From Paracoccaceae bacterium (GTDB taxonomy: Bacteria; Pseudomonadota; Alphaproteobacteria; Rhodobacterales; Rhodobacteraceae): a stretch of DNA of 64,000 nucleotides. Where the stretch lies: NCBI GenBank assembly GCA_041397045.1, contig JAWKXK010000012.1, positions 83,856 through 147,855 on the forward strand, in the 5' to 3' direction. The notes below the pieces were generated by a model that saw only the letters and a list, made by a program, of their open reading frames with translations, made no database searches and was not told the DNA's origin. Positions 1-9,844 of this stretch are shown here, piece by piece; the first letter of the stretch is position 1, and each line of letters opens with the position of its first letter. The translations under genes were made by a program, and so were the position numbers.

Positions 1-136
1 CCGGCCCGCTGCGGCAGCGGTCGGAGCAGTATTTCACCTCGTCCCAGACTTTTTCCCATTTCTTGCGCCGTGAAGGGCAGGCGCAGCAGGCGCAGGTCTT
101 GCTGGGCAGGTCGGCCTTCTTGCGCATCTTCGCCAT
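1..136 (-). CDS. DUF2256 family small Cys-rich protein (runs off the window edge)
   Basis: Manual translation from ATG at 136: MAKMRKKADLPSKTCACC...RKKWEKVWDEVKYCSDRCR. The start overlaps the photolyase stop (ATGA). Not in the ORF track. Confidence 0.85.
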   Translation of the reverse strand, partial: MAKMRKKADLPSKTCACCACPSRRKKWEKVWDEVKYCSDRCRSGP

Positions 137-1643
137 CAGAGATCGAAGCTCATCTGGGCCGCATCGCGGGGGCGGCGGGGGCTGCGGTCGTTGACGAAGC
201 GGGGATCGGCGCGGCTGGCATGGCGTTCGATGACCTCGGCGATTTCGGGTCGTGGCGGCGTTCGCGGCGCAGGCCCCAGCAGGCCTCGCGCGGCACGCGG
301 GCGGCGGCTGCCACATCGACCACGGGTTCGGGGTAGAGGCGGCCCAGAAGGCCGCGCGCGCCCGGCCATTTCCAGGGTTCCTGCAGGAAGGCATCGGGGA
401 CGGGGGCGAGTTCGGGCAGCCAGCGGCGGGTGAAGGCGCCGGTCGGATCCTGATCATGGCCCTGCTTGACGGGGTTGTAGATGCGGATCGTGTTGATCCC
501 CGTGACGCCGGATTGCATCTGCACCTGCGGCCAGTGGATGCCGGGTTCGTAATCGGTGAAGCGCCGGGCCAGAACGGCGCCGGTGGAACGCCAGTCGAGC
601 CAGAGGTGATAGGAGGCCACCGCCATGACCATGCTGCGCATGCGGAAATTCAGCCAGCCCGTCGCGCGGAGGTAGCGCATGCAGGCATCGAGGAAGGGCA
701 GGCCAGTTTCGCCGTTTTCCCAGGCCGCGAGGCGCAGGGGATCGGGGGCGCGCGGGCGCAGGGCATCGGCGGCGCGGTGGAGGGCGCGGATTTCGATTTC
801 CGGTTCGGTTTCGAGTTTCTGGATGAAGTGATCGCGCCAGGCCATCCGGCTTTGGAAGCTTGTCAGCGCGCCGGGCCAGCGCCCGCCGGGGCGTTCGGCG
901 GCGCGGGCGGCGGCGGCCTGCACCACCTCGCGCGACGAAAGGGTGCCTTGGGCGAGATGGGCCGAGAGGCGCGAGCAGGCGCGTTCGCCCGTGACGGGCG
1001 AGGACATGGCGGCGCGGTAGGGTTCGCCGCGATGGGAAAGGAAGCTTTCCAGAAGGGCAAGGCCTGCGGCGCGCCCGCCCTGCTGGCGGTGGGGGCAGGG
1101 ATCATCGGCCAGACGCAGCGCCCGGGCCGAGGGGATCGCGCCGGGTTCCACGCCCGGCACGGGGCGCAGGGCAAGCGGGGCGGGGATCCGGGCGGCGCTG
1201 GCGAAGGCGTCGCGCCGCCGCGCCCAGCCATCGCGCGCGCCGAGGCGGCGGATGACGCCCTGCTGGGGCAGTTCGTCCCAGATCACGCCCGCGCCGCGCG
1301 CCCAGTCGGCCACGCGGCGGTCGCGCGCGAAGGTCCAGAGATTGCCGGTCTCTTCATGGCTGAGGATGCGGGCGATGTGGTGCTGGCGGCAGAGCCTGTC
1401 GAGCACGGCCACCGCATCGCCCATGCGCAGCACGAGCGGCGCGCCGAGGGCGGCGCTGGCCTGCCGCAGATCCTGAAGCGATTCGGCCACGAAGGACCAG
1501 TGCCGCGCGGCGGCATCGGGTTGCTGCCAGAGGTCGGGTTCGACGATGTAAAGGGGCAGCACCGCCCCCATCCCGGCCGCGCGGGCGAGGGCGGGATGAT
1601 CGTGCAGGCGCAGATCGCGTTTGAACCAGACGAGAACATTCAT
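136..1643 (-). CDS. Deoxyribodipyrimidine photolyase/cryptochrome family protein (frameshift near the 3' end)
   Basis: MNVLVWFKRDLRLHDHPAL, SRLSAHL, WRDHFIQK, TGLPFLDACMR, GWLNFRMR, DYEPGIHW, RIYNPVKQ. The C-terminus continues in ORF 136..369 (PEIAEVIERHASR...QMSFDL). Confidence 0.92.
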
Positions 1644-1648
1644 GGAAC
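1623..1648. promoter_or_regulatory. Tandem alphaproteobacterial LexA boxes (GAAC-N7-GAAC-N7-GAAC)
   Basis: GAAC cagacga GAAC attcatg GAAC, spanning the photolyase ATG (1641-1643). Confidence 0.7.
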
Positions 1649-1857
1649 ATTTATCTAACCTGTCGCGCGGATTCGTAAAGCCCCTGCGGCAGCCCGAATT
1701 TTGGGCGGATTTCCCATACGAAAGTATGTAGGCTCTTACCCCTATCAGGGTGCGACACCGCCGGGCTTCGCCTTTGCGCTGGAAATGGGTCACCTTTTGG
1801 CGGCAATTGAGACGGCGGCGGCACATGCGGCGGCGGCATCGGGGATTTGGGAGGATC

Positions 1858-3948
1858 ATGCAGGAGACCGGGCAGACCGGGCGGGGGGCACCTCCGCCGT
1901 TGCGGACCTGGCTCTGGCGGTCCTATCTGCGCGCGGCGCTGGTGCCGCTTCTGCTGATCGAACTGACCTTTGTCGCGCTGTATTTCGGCACGAGCCGCGT
2001 TGTCTATGACCGCAGTGCCAAGGCCATCACCGAGATTTCCACCGAAGCGTTGCGCGATGCCTCGCGTCGGGAGGCGGATGTGATCGCGCGGCGGCTGGAG
2101 ACCATCGAGACGGTGACGCAGATCTTTGCCCGCGAGACGACGCGGGCGCTGGCGGAACCGGCGGGCGAGGTGAGTGCGGCCGAGCGGACGCGCTATGCCT
2201 ATTCGCCGGACGGGGTGTATTACAGCACGGTGGATGACGGGGGGGCGGCGGTCTTTTACAGCGGCTTTGTGCCGGTGGGCGAGGCCGAGCGCGAGAAGGT
2301 CTGGCGCACGGCGCGGCTGGATCCGCTGATGCGGGCGATCGTGGAGAGCAATCCGCTGGTCACGCAGATCTATGCAAACACGCATGATTCCCTGAACCGG
2401 ATCTATCCCTGGTTCGATGTGCTGGCGATCTATCCGCCGAAGATGGATATCCCGAGCTACAATTTCTATTACGACGCCGATGCCACGCATAACCCGGCGC
2501 GGCGGGTGGTCTGGACCGACAGCTATGTCGATCCGGCGGGGGCGGGCTGGATGGTGTCGGCCATTGCGCCGGCCTATGGCACGGCGGCGGGCGGCGATGA
2601 GCGGCTTGAGGCGGTGGTGGGCATCGACGTGACGATCAAGCGGATCGTCGATCAGGTGCTGGACCTGCGGCTGGAGGGCGACGGTTATGCGCTGCTGGTG
2701 GGGCGGGACGGGACGATCCTTGCGCTGCCGCCTGCGGGCGAGGCGGATCTGGGCCTGTCGGAGCTGATCGACCACAGCTATCAGGAGGCGATCCTTCAGG
2801 ACACGTTCAAGCCCGACAGTTTCAACCTGTATCGCCGGGCCGAGCTTTTCACCATGGCCGATGCGATTCAGGCGGCGGATGAGGGGAATGCGCGGGTCGA
2901 TCTTGGCCGGCCGATGATCGCGGCCTGGGCCACCATCGCGGGGCCGCAATGGAAGCTGATCGTGCTGACGAGCGAGGAAAGCATCCTGACCGGGGCGACG
3001 ACGCTGCGCGAGCAATTGTCCTTTGTCAGCAAGGCGATGCTGGCCATTCTTGTGCTGTTCTATCTGGTGTTCTTCCTGTTCCTGTGGCGGCGGTCGGTTG
3101 CCATGTCGGCGCGGGTGGCCCAGCCGCTGGCCGAGATCGAGGGCAACATGATCCAGATTTCGGAAGGTGGCAGCGTGCCGCCCGGGCATCGCTATGAGGT
3201 GGCCGAGTTGCAGACCGTGGGCGACCATCTGGTGACCATGGGCGAAAAGCTGCAGGCCGCGAATGAGGCCAAGAACAGCTTCCTTTCGGCGATGAGCCAT
3301 GAATTCCGCACGCCGCTGAATGCGATCATCGGTTTTTCCGATCTGCTGGCGGTGGGGGCGCGCCAGCCGCTTGCGCCCGAGGATCTGCGTCAGGTGCAGG
3401 CGATTTCGGCGGCGGGATGGCAGCTATTGCAGCTGGTCGAAGGGGTGATCGAGCTGAGCCGGATCGAGCAGGGGCAGGTGCGGCGCAACCTGCATGCGCT
3501 GGATGTGCTGCCCGCCGTGCGGCAGGCGCTGGAGACGGTGCGGCCCGCGATGCGGGATCGCAAGGTGACGCTGCGGCTGGAGGAACCGGCGGCCCCCCTG
3601 CCCAAGGTGCGGGGCGACGAGGAGATCATCCGCCGTATCGTGACGCATCTTGTATCGAACGGGGTGAAATACAATCACGACGGCGGCAGCGTGGTGGTGT
3701 CCTTCCGGGCCGAGGCGGAGCGGCTGGTGATCCGTGTGGCGGATACCGGCATCGGCATCGCCGAGGACAAGCAGGCGCGGCTGTTCACCCCGTTCGACAG
3801 GCTGGGCCATGAGAACGGCACGATCAGCGGCACCGGGATCGGGCTGACGATCTGCCGCCGTCTGGCGCAGTTCACCGGATCGGAGATCGGCTTCGTGAGC
3901 CGCGCGGGTGAGGGATCGACCTTTACGCTGAGCCTGCCTCTGGCGTGA
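1858..3948 (+). CDS. Membrane sensor histidine kinase with a periplasmic Cache-type domain
   Basis: Two TM segments; Cache-like WTDSYVDPAG and VVGIDV; H-box SHEFRTPLNAI; N box LVSNGVKY; DTGIGI; GTGIGL. RBS-like GGAGG before ATG 1858. Confidence 0.9.
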   Translation: MQETGQTGRGAPPPLRTWLWRSYLRAALVPLLLIELTFVALYFGTSRVVYDRSAKAITEISTEALRDASRREADVIARRLETIETVTQIFARETTRALAEPAGEVSAAERTRYAYSPDGVYYSTVDDGGAAVFYSGFVPVGEAEREKVWRTARLDPLMRAIVESNPLVTQIYANTHDSLNRIYPWFDVLAIYPPKMDIPSYNFYYDADATHNPARRVVWTDSYVDPAGAGWMVSAIAPAYGTAAGGDERLEAVVGIDVTIKRIVDQVLDLRLEGDGYALLVGRDGTILALPPAGEADLGLSELIDHSYQEAILQDTFKPDSFNLYRRAELFTMADAIQAADEGNARVDLGRPMIAAWATIAGPQWKLIVLTSEESILTGATTLREQLSFVSKAMLAILVLFYLVFFLFLWRRSVAMSARVAQPLAEIEGNMIQISEGGSVPPGHRYEVAELQTVGDHLVTMGEKLQAANEAKNSFLSAMSHEFRTPLNAIIGFSDLLAVGARQPLAPEDLRQVQAISAAGWQLLQLVEGVIELSRIEQGQVRRNLHALDVLPAVRQALETVRPAMRDRKVTLRLEEPAAPLPKVRGDEEIIRRIVTHLVSNGVKYNHDGGSVVVSFRAEAERLVIRVADTGIGIAEDKQARLFTPFDRLGHENGTISGTGIGLTICRRLAQFTGSEIGFVSRAGEGSTFTLSLPLA

Positions 3949-3982
3949 TCGGGGGGGCGTGATCGGGGGGCGCGTGATCGGG
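3943..3982 (+). repeat. Short tandem repeat GCGTGATCGGG(G)n, three copies
   Basis: Three GCGTGATCGGG units, the first overlapping the kinase stop codon. Confidence 0.7.
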
Positions 3983-4042
3983 TGGGGGCGGCTTGCCTTC
4001 GGCGGGCGGGCTTCCTAGCTTGGCCGGCAAAGGGAGTGACCC

Positions 4043-6601
4043 ATGACCGACCAGCCGCGCGCCGTGCATCTTGCCGATTACCAGCCCTATTCCCATCGTG
4101 TGGAGCATGTGGCGCTGACATTCCGCCTTGCGCCCGGGGCGACGCGGGTTCTGGCCGCGCTGCGCCTGTCGCCCAATCCGGCCCGGCCGGGGCGGCCTGA
4201 CCTGCGGCTGGATGGCGAACAGCTGCGCCTGATCGCGGCGCGGATCGACGGGCAGGAGGTGGCGGCGCAGGTGGATGCGACGGGGATGACGATTGCCGCC
4301 GCGCGGCTGCCCGAGGGGGCCTTCACGCTGGAGACGGAGGTGGAGATCGCCCCCGAAGGCAATACCGCGCTGGAGGGGCTATACATGTCGCGCGGCATGT
4401 ATTGCACGCAATGCGAGGCGGAGGGGTTTCGCAAGATCACCTATTACCCCGACCGGCCCGATGTGATGGCCTCCTTCCGGGTGCGGATCGAGGCCGATTT
4501 GCCGGTCCTGCTTTCGAACGGGAACCCGGTGGGGCAGGGGCCGGGCTGGGCGGAATGGGATGATCCATGGCCCAAGCCTGCCTATCTGTTCGCGCTGGTG
4601 GCGGGGGATCTGGTGGCGCATTCGGCGCCCTTCCGCACGGCATCGGGGCGCGAGGTGGCGCTGAACATCTGGGTGCGCGCGGGGGATGAGGACCGCTGCG
4701 CCTATGCGATGGACAGTCTGATCCGGTCGATGCGCTGGGATGAGCAGGTTTACGGGCGCGAATACGATCTGGATGTGTTCAACATCGTGGCGGTCGATGA
4801 TTTCAACATGGGCGCGATGGAGAACAAGGGGTTGAACATCTTCAACTCCAAATACGTTCTCGCCAGCCCGGAAACCGCGACGGATGACGATTTCGCCCGG
4901 ATCGAGGCGATCATCGCGCATGAGTATTTCCACAACTGGACCGGCAACCGGATCACCTGCCGGGACTGGTTCCAGCTTTGCCTGAAGGAAGGGCTGACCG
5001 TGTTCCGGGATCAGCAGTTTTCGGGCGACATGCGCAGCCATGCGGTGAAGCGGATCGAGGATGTGCTGATGCTGCGCGCGCGGCAGTTCCGCGAGGATGG
5101 CGGGCCTCTGGCGCATCCGGTGCGGCCCGACAGCTATGTCGAGATCAACAATTTCTATACCGCGACGATCTATGAGAAGGGGGCCGAGGTCATCGGCATG
5201 CTGAAGCGGCTGGTGGGGGAGGAGGGCTATGCCAAGGCGCTGGACCTGTATTTCACGCGCCATGACGGGCAGGCGGCGACGATCGAGGATTGGCTGAAGG
5301 TTTTCGAGGATGCGACGGGGCGCGATCTGACCCAGTTCAAGCGGTGGTATACCGAGGCAGGCACCCCGCGCGTGAAGGTGTGGGAGGACTGGGATGGCGC
5401 GACCTATACCCTGACCTTCGAGCAGGAGAACCCCGCGACGCCGGGTCAGCCGGAGAAGGGGGCGAAGGTGATCCCGGTGGCGGTGGGGTTGCTGAACCCC
5501 AATGGCGATGAGGTGCTGCCGACGACGGTGCTGGAACTGACGGAAGGGCGGCAGAGTTTCCGCTTTCCTGCCGCGACGCGGCCCGTGCCTTCGATCCTGC
5601 GCGGGTTTTCGGCGCCCGTGGTGTTGGAGCGGGATGTCAGCCCCGAGGAGCGGGCCTTCCTTCTGGCGCATGACACCGACCCGTTCAACAAATGGGAGGC
5701 GGGGCGGGCGCTGGCCAAGGAGGTGCTGGCGCGGATGGTGACGGAGGGGGCGGCGCCGGGGCCGGACTGGCTGGAGGCGATTGCAAGGGTGACCCTTGAC
5801 GAGGGGCTGGATCCGGCCTTTCGCGCGCTGGCGCTGCGCCTGCCGGGGGAGGATGACATGGCATCCACCCTGCATGCGGGCGGGATCACGCCCGATCCGG
5901 CGCGCATCTGGGCCGAGCGGCGGCGGATGGGGGAGGCGCTGGCGCGGCGGCTGGGGCCGCAACTGCCGGGGCTGATCGAGGGGCTGGCGGAACCCGGGCC
6001 CTTCACGCCCGATGCGCGGGCGGCGGGGCGGCGGGCGCTGCGGATCGCGGCGCTGGCGCTTTTGTCGCGGGTGGATGGCGGGAGGGCGGCGCGGGCCGCC
6101 CATGCGGCGGCCGACAACATGACCGAAGAGGTGGGCGCGCTGGTTGCGCTGCTGGAGGTGGGGGCGGGGCAGGAGGAACTGGCCGCCTTCGAGGCGCGCT
6201 GGGCGGGGGATCGCAACGTTATGGACAAGTGGTTTGCGCTGCAGATCGCCCATGCCCATCCCGACCGCGCGGTGGCGGTGACCGAGGCGCTGACGCGGCA
6301 TCCGGCGTTCGACTGGAAGAACCCCAACCGGTTCCGTTCGGTGATCGGGGCCTTGTCGGCCAATCATGCGGGGTTCCACCATGCCTCGGGCGCGGGGTAT
6401 CGGCTGATTGCGGATTGGCTGCTGCGGCTCGATCCGCTGAACCCGCAGACGGCGGCGCGGATGTCGACGGCCTTTGAGACATGGTCGCGCTATGACGCGG
6501 ATCGGCAGGGGATGGTGCAGGCGGAACTGGCGCGGATGGCGGCGGTGCCCGGGCTGAGCCGTGATCTGGGCGAGATGGTGGCGCGGATGCGGGGGGTGTA
6601 G
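4043..6601 (+). CDS. pepN: Aminopeptidase N (M1 family)
   Basis: GAMENKG, HEYFHNWTGNR...LKEG zinc motif, C-terminal NPNRFRS. Confidence 0.97.
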   Translation: MTDQPRAVHLADYQPYSHRVEHVALTFRLAPGATRVLAALRLSPNPARPGRPDLRLDGEQLRLIAARIDGQEVAAQVDATGMTIAAARLPEGAFTLETEVEIAPEGNTALEGLYMSRGMYCTQCEAEGFRKITYYPDRPDVMASFRVRIEADLPVLLSNGNPVGQGPGWAEWDDPWPKPAYLFALVAGDLVAHSAPFRTASGREVALNIWVRAGDEDRCAYAMDSLIRSMRWDEQVYGREYDLDVFNIVAVDDFNMGAMENKGLNIFNSKYVLASPETATDDDFARIEAIIAHEYFHNWTGNRITCRDWFQLCLKEGLTVFRDQQFSGDMRSHAVKRIEDVLMLRARQFREDGGPLAHPVRPDSYVEINNFYTATIYEKGAEVIGMLKRLVGEEGYAKALDLYFTRHDGQAATIEDWLKVFEDATGRDLTQFKRWYTEAGTPRVKVWEDWDGATYTLTFEQENPATPGQPEKGAKVIPVAVGLLNPNGDEVLPTTVLELTEGRQSFRFPAATRPVPSILRGFSAPVVLERDVSPEERAFLLAHDTDPFNKWEAGRALAKEVLARMVTEGAAPGPDWLEAIARVTLDEGLDPAFRALALRLPGEDDMASTLHAGGITPDPARIWAERRRMGEALARRLGPQLPGLIEGLAEPGPFTPDARAAGRRALRIAALALLSRVDGGRAARAAHAAADNMTEEVGALVALLEVGAGQEELAAFEARWAGDRNVMDKWFALQIAHAHPDRAVAVTEALTRHPAFDWKNPNRFRSVIGALSANHAGFHHASGAGYRLIADWLLRLDPLNPQTAARMSTAFETWSRYDADRQGMVQAELARMAAVPGLSRDLGEMVARMRGV

Positions 6602-6607
6602 GGGGAA

Positions 6608-6694
6608 ACCCTGCCCTGGGCTTGACCCGGGGCCTCTGGGGGATGATGCATCCTGTGTGTGGGGGGAGGCCCCGGGTCAGGCCCGGGGCGGGGT
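6608..6694. repeat. Intergenic palindromic element (REP/MITE-like inverted pair)
   Basis: ACCCTGCCCTGGGCTTGACCCGGGGCCTC ... GAGGCCCCGGGTCAGGCCCGGGGCGGGGT; a related half-copy lies at 57649-57677. Confidence 0.7.
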
Positions 6695-6723
6695 CTTTGC
6701 TGCCGCGATGGCGGGAAGGGGCG

Positions 6724-7362
6724 TCAGCCCTGGCAATAGGGCTGGGCGCGGGTCCAGGCGGCCATGGCGGCGCGTTTTTCGGCGTTGCGGAAGGGCATCC
6801 AGTCGCGTCCGATGCCGCGATTGCCGCCGCCGACCACGAGCCCGTCGCGCGCGACGGCCTTGGCCATCATCCGGGTGGCGCATTCGAGGTTTTCCGAGCC
6901 GTCCTTCAGTTCGGAGACGGTGTTCGCCTCGCACTGGTGATAGCTGGCAGAGACGGGCGAGATCTGCATCACGCCGATATAGCGCCCGCCGCCGCCCGAA
7001 GCCTGGGGATTCCAGGTGGATTCGTAGCGCGCCACCGCCGACATCAGCCCGGCCCAGAAGGCGCGGCGATCCTCGATCGAGGCATCGGCATAGCCGGGGC
7101 ACCATGTCGCGACATCGGCCGGCACGGTGGCGGCCAGCATGGCATCATGATCCTGCAGGGCGTCGAGGGTGTTGCGCGTCCATTCGCGGCCTTCGGGGCG
7201 TTGATCCCATTGCATGGGCGGCATCTGACCGCTGGTCGACAGGCTGGTGGTGCCTTCGGTGGCCACGCAGCCGGCCAGCGTGGCGGCCAGCGTCACGGCG
7301 GCAAGACCCTGGCCAAGGCGATAGGCCAGACGGGTGCCTGGACGGGCGAAGTTCTGTATCAT
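6724..7362 (-). CDS. Lytic transglycosylase (SLT domain) lipoprotein
   Basis: Lipobox LAGC; catalytic motif ARYESTWNP; GVMQI; ENLECA. Confidence 0.85.
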   Translation of the reverse strand: MIQNFARPGTRLAYRLGQGLAAVTLAATLAGCVATEGTTSLSTSGQMPPMQWDQRPEGREWTRNTLDALQDHDAMLAATVPADVATWCPGYADASIEDRRAFWAGLMSAVARYESTWNPQASGGGGRYIGVMQISPVSASYHQCEANTVSELKDGSENLECATRMMAKAVARDGLVVGGGNRGIGRDWMPFRNAEKRAAMAAWTRAQPYCQG

Positions 7363-7861
7363 CGGTTCCTGAGCGGCAGCGCCGCGCCCCCTGTGCGCGA
7401 CCCGGGCCTTTGATCAGGTGGGGGCTGTCCTGTCCATGGAAACGCTGTGTTGCCGGGTTTGATCGGCAGGAATCCGCCTTTTTTGGGGGTTTTCGCCGCA
7501 TTGCGGCCATGATCGCCCTTGAATTGCCACAATTCGGTTGCAACTTCGCCATCGGTTGTAACGGCCCCTGATCGCTGCTGTGACGGGGCCCCCAGTAACG
7601 GTGTGACACTGCCATGTCGCGTATCCTTGCCAGATCGGTGACAGCCGATCTTTGCGGTCGGTTGTTCAACCTGCTGCTTTTCATCCTTCTTCTGCCTTTC
7701 GTCCTGCTGCTGGCGACCCTGCCGCAACGCGCGCCGGTTCGGCCTGCGCCGATCGGGCAGGCCGGGCAGGCGGCACCGCCCGGGCGCGGCCGCAAGGCGA
7801 CTTGAAGCCCGGGCCATGAGGGCCTAGACAGTCGGGCAAAGTGGCAAGAGGACGGCACGGC

Positions 7862-9373
7862 ATGCTCGACATCCGCTATGAGGCCCCCAAACCCAAGGTC
7901 ATCGCGGGCGCGACGGGCGATTGGGAACTGGTGATCGGCATGGAGATCCATGCCCAGGTCGCCTCGAACGCGAAGCTGTTTTCGGGGGCCTCCACCCAGG
8001 TGGGGGCGGAGCCGAATTCCAACGTGGCCTTCGTCGATGCGGCGATGCCCGGCATGCTGCCCGTCATCAACGAATTCTGCGTGGAGCAGGCGGTGCGGTC
8101 GGGGCTGGGGCTGAAGGCGCAGATCAACCTGCGCTCGGCCTTTGACCGGAAGAACTATTTCTATCCCGACCTGCCGCAGGGCTATCAGATCAGCCAGCTT
8201 TATCACCCCATCGTGGGCGAGGGCGAGGTGCTGGTGGAGATGGGGCCGGGGGTGGCGCGTCTGGTGCGGATCGAGCGGATCCATCTGGAGCAGGATGCGG
8301 GCAAGTCGATCCATGACATGGATCCGAACATGTCCTTTGTCGATTTCAACCGCACGGGCGTGGCGCTGATGGAGATCGTCAGCCGCCCCGATATCCGTGG
8401 GCCCGAAGAGGCGGCGGCCTATGTCGCGAAGCTGCGCCAGATCCTGCGTTACCTGGGCACTTGCGACGGCAACATGCAGAACGGCAACCTGCGGGCCGAT
8501 GTCAACGTGTCGGTCTGCCGCCCGGGCGATTACGAACGCTATCAGGCGACGCAGGATTTTTCGCATCTCGGCACGCGCTGCGAGATCAAGAACATGAACT
8601 CGCTGCGCTTCATCCAGGCTGCGATCGACTATGAGGCGCGGCGGCAGATCGCCATTCTGGAAGATGGCGGCAAGGTCGATCAGGAAACCCGGCTTTACGA
8701 TCCCGACAAGGGCGAGACGCGGTCGATGCGCAGCAAGGAAGAGGCGCATGACTACCGCTATTTCCCTTGCCCCGACCTGCTGCCCCTGGAGATCGAGCAG
8801 GGATGGGTGGATGACATCGCCGCGCGGATGCCGGAGCTGCCGGATGCCAAGAAGGCGCGGTTCATGGCCGATTTCGGGCTGACCGATTACGATGCCAATG
8901 TGCTGACCGCCGAAGTGGACAATGCGGCCTTCTTTGAAGAGGTGGCCAAGGGCCGCGATGGCAAGCAGGCGGCGAACTGGATCATCAACGAGCTGTTCGG
9001 GCGGCTGAACAAGGATGGCAAGGGCGTGGCGGACAGCCCCCTGTCGGCGGCCCAGATCGGCGGCGTGCTGGACCTGATCGCATCGGGCGAGATCACCACC
9101 AAGATGGCCAAGGACCTGTTCGAGATCCTCTGGACCGAGGGCGGCAACCCCGCCGAAGTGGCGGCTGCGCGCGGCATGAAGCAGGTGACGGATACCGGCG
9201 AGATCGAGCGCGCGCTGGATGCGCTGATCGCGGCCAATCCAGAGCAGGTGGAAAAGGCCAAGGTCAACGCGAAACTGGCGGGCTGGTTCACGGGGCAGGT
9301 TTTGAAGGCCACGGGGGGCAAGGCCAATCCGGCGGTCGTCAATCAGATGGTGGCGCAGAAACTGGGCCTGTGA
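7862..9373 (+). CDS. gatB: Asp/Glu-tRNA amidotransferase subunit B
   Basis: [48 protein letters not shown]. Confidence 0.97.
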   Translation: MLDIRYEAPKPKVIAGATGDWELVIGMEIHAQVASNAKLFSGASTQVGAEPNSNVAFVDAAMPGMLPVINEFCVEQAVRSGLGLKAQINLRSAFDRKNYFYPDLPQGYQISQLYHPIVGEGEVLVEMGPGVARLVRIERIHLEQDAGKSIHDMDPNMSFVDFNRTGVALMEIVSRPDIRGPEEAAAYVAKLRQILRYLGTCDGNMQNGNLRADVNVSVCRPGDYERYQATQDFSHLGTRCEIKNMNSLRFIQAAIDYEARRQIAILEDGGKVDQETRLYDPDKGETRSMRSKEEAHDYRYFPCPDLLPLEIEQGWVDDIAARMPELPDAKKARFMADFGLTDYDANVLTAEVDNAAFFEEVAKGRDGKQAANWIINELFGRLNKDGKGVADSPLSAAQIGGVLDLIASGEITTKMAKDLFEILWTEGGNPAEVAAARGMKQVTDTGEIERALDALIAANPEQVEKAKVNAKLAGWFTGQVLKATGGKANPAVVNQMVAQKLGL

Positions 9374-9474
9374 CGGGGCGCGCGCGGTCGGCGGGAAAGC
9401 CCGTCCTGCGCGGCTTGCCCCTTCTCTGCGCCCTGCCATCGCTATTTTCCCCGCATATCCTGCCGGAGCCAGTC

Positions 9475-9833
9475 ATGCAGCGTCACGAATACAAGGTTAT
9501 CCCCGCCCCCGCCGCGGCACCAAATCCCGCGAGGCCAAGACGACCGAGGATCGCTTTGCGCTGACCCTGTCGTTGTTGATGAATGATCTGGGCCGCGACG
9601 GGTGGGAATATGTCCGCGCCGAAACCCTGCCCACCGAAGAGCGGGCGGGGTTCACCAAGACCCGCGTGGTGGAGCAGACGATGCTGATCTTCCGCCGCAG
9701 CCTTGCGGGGCCTGCGGCCCTTGTTCCCGCGGCAGAGCAGGGCGCGGCGGCGGCTGCGGCCCCCACGCCGCGCCTTGGCCCGGCGATGGAGCCCGCGCCG
9801 GGGCCTGCGCCGGCCATCGGGCGGGCCGAGTGA
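9475..9833 (+). CDS. DUF4177 family protein (frameshift near 9510-9550)
   Basis: MQRHEYKVIPAP in one frame, then LMNDLGRDGWEYVRAETLP...LIFRR in another. Confidence 0.75.
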
Positions 9834-9844
9834 TCTAGCCCCGC

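Noticed and set aside
7614-7805. 63 aa hydrophobic ORF upstream of gatB
   Set aside because: One possible TM segment but no RBS or recognisable family; cannot be supported without conservation data.
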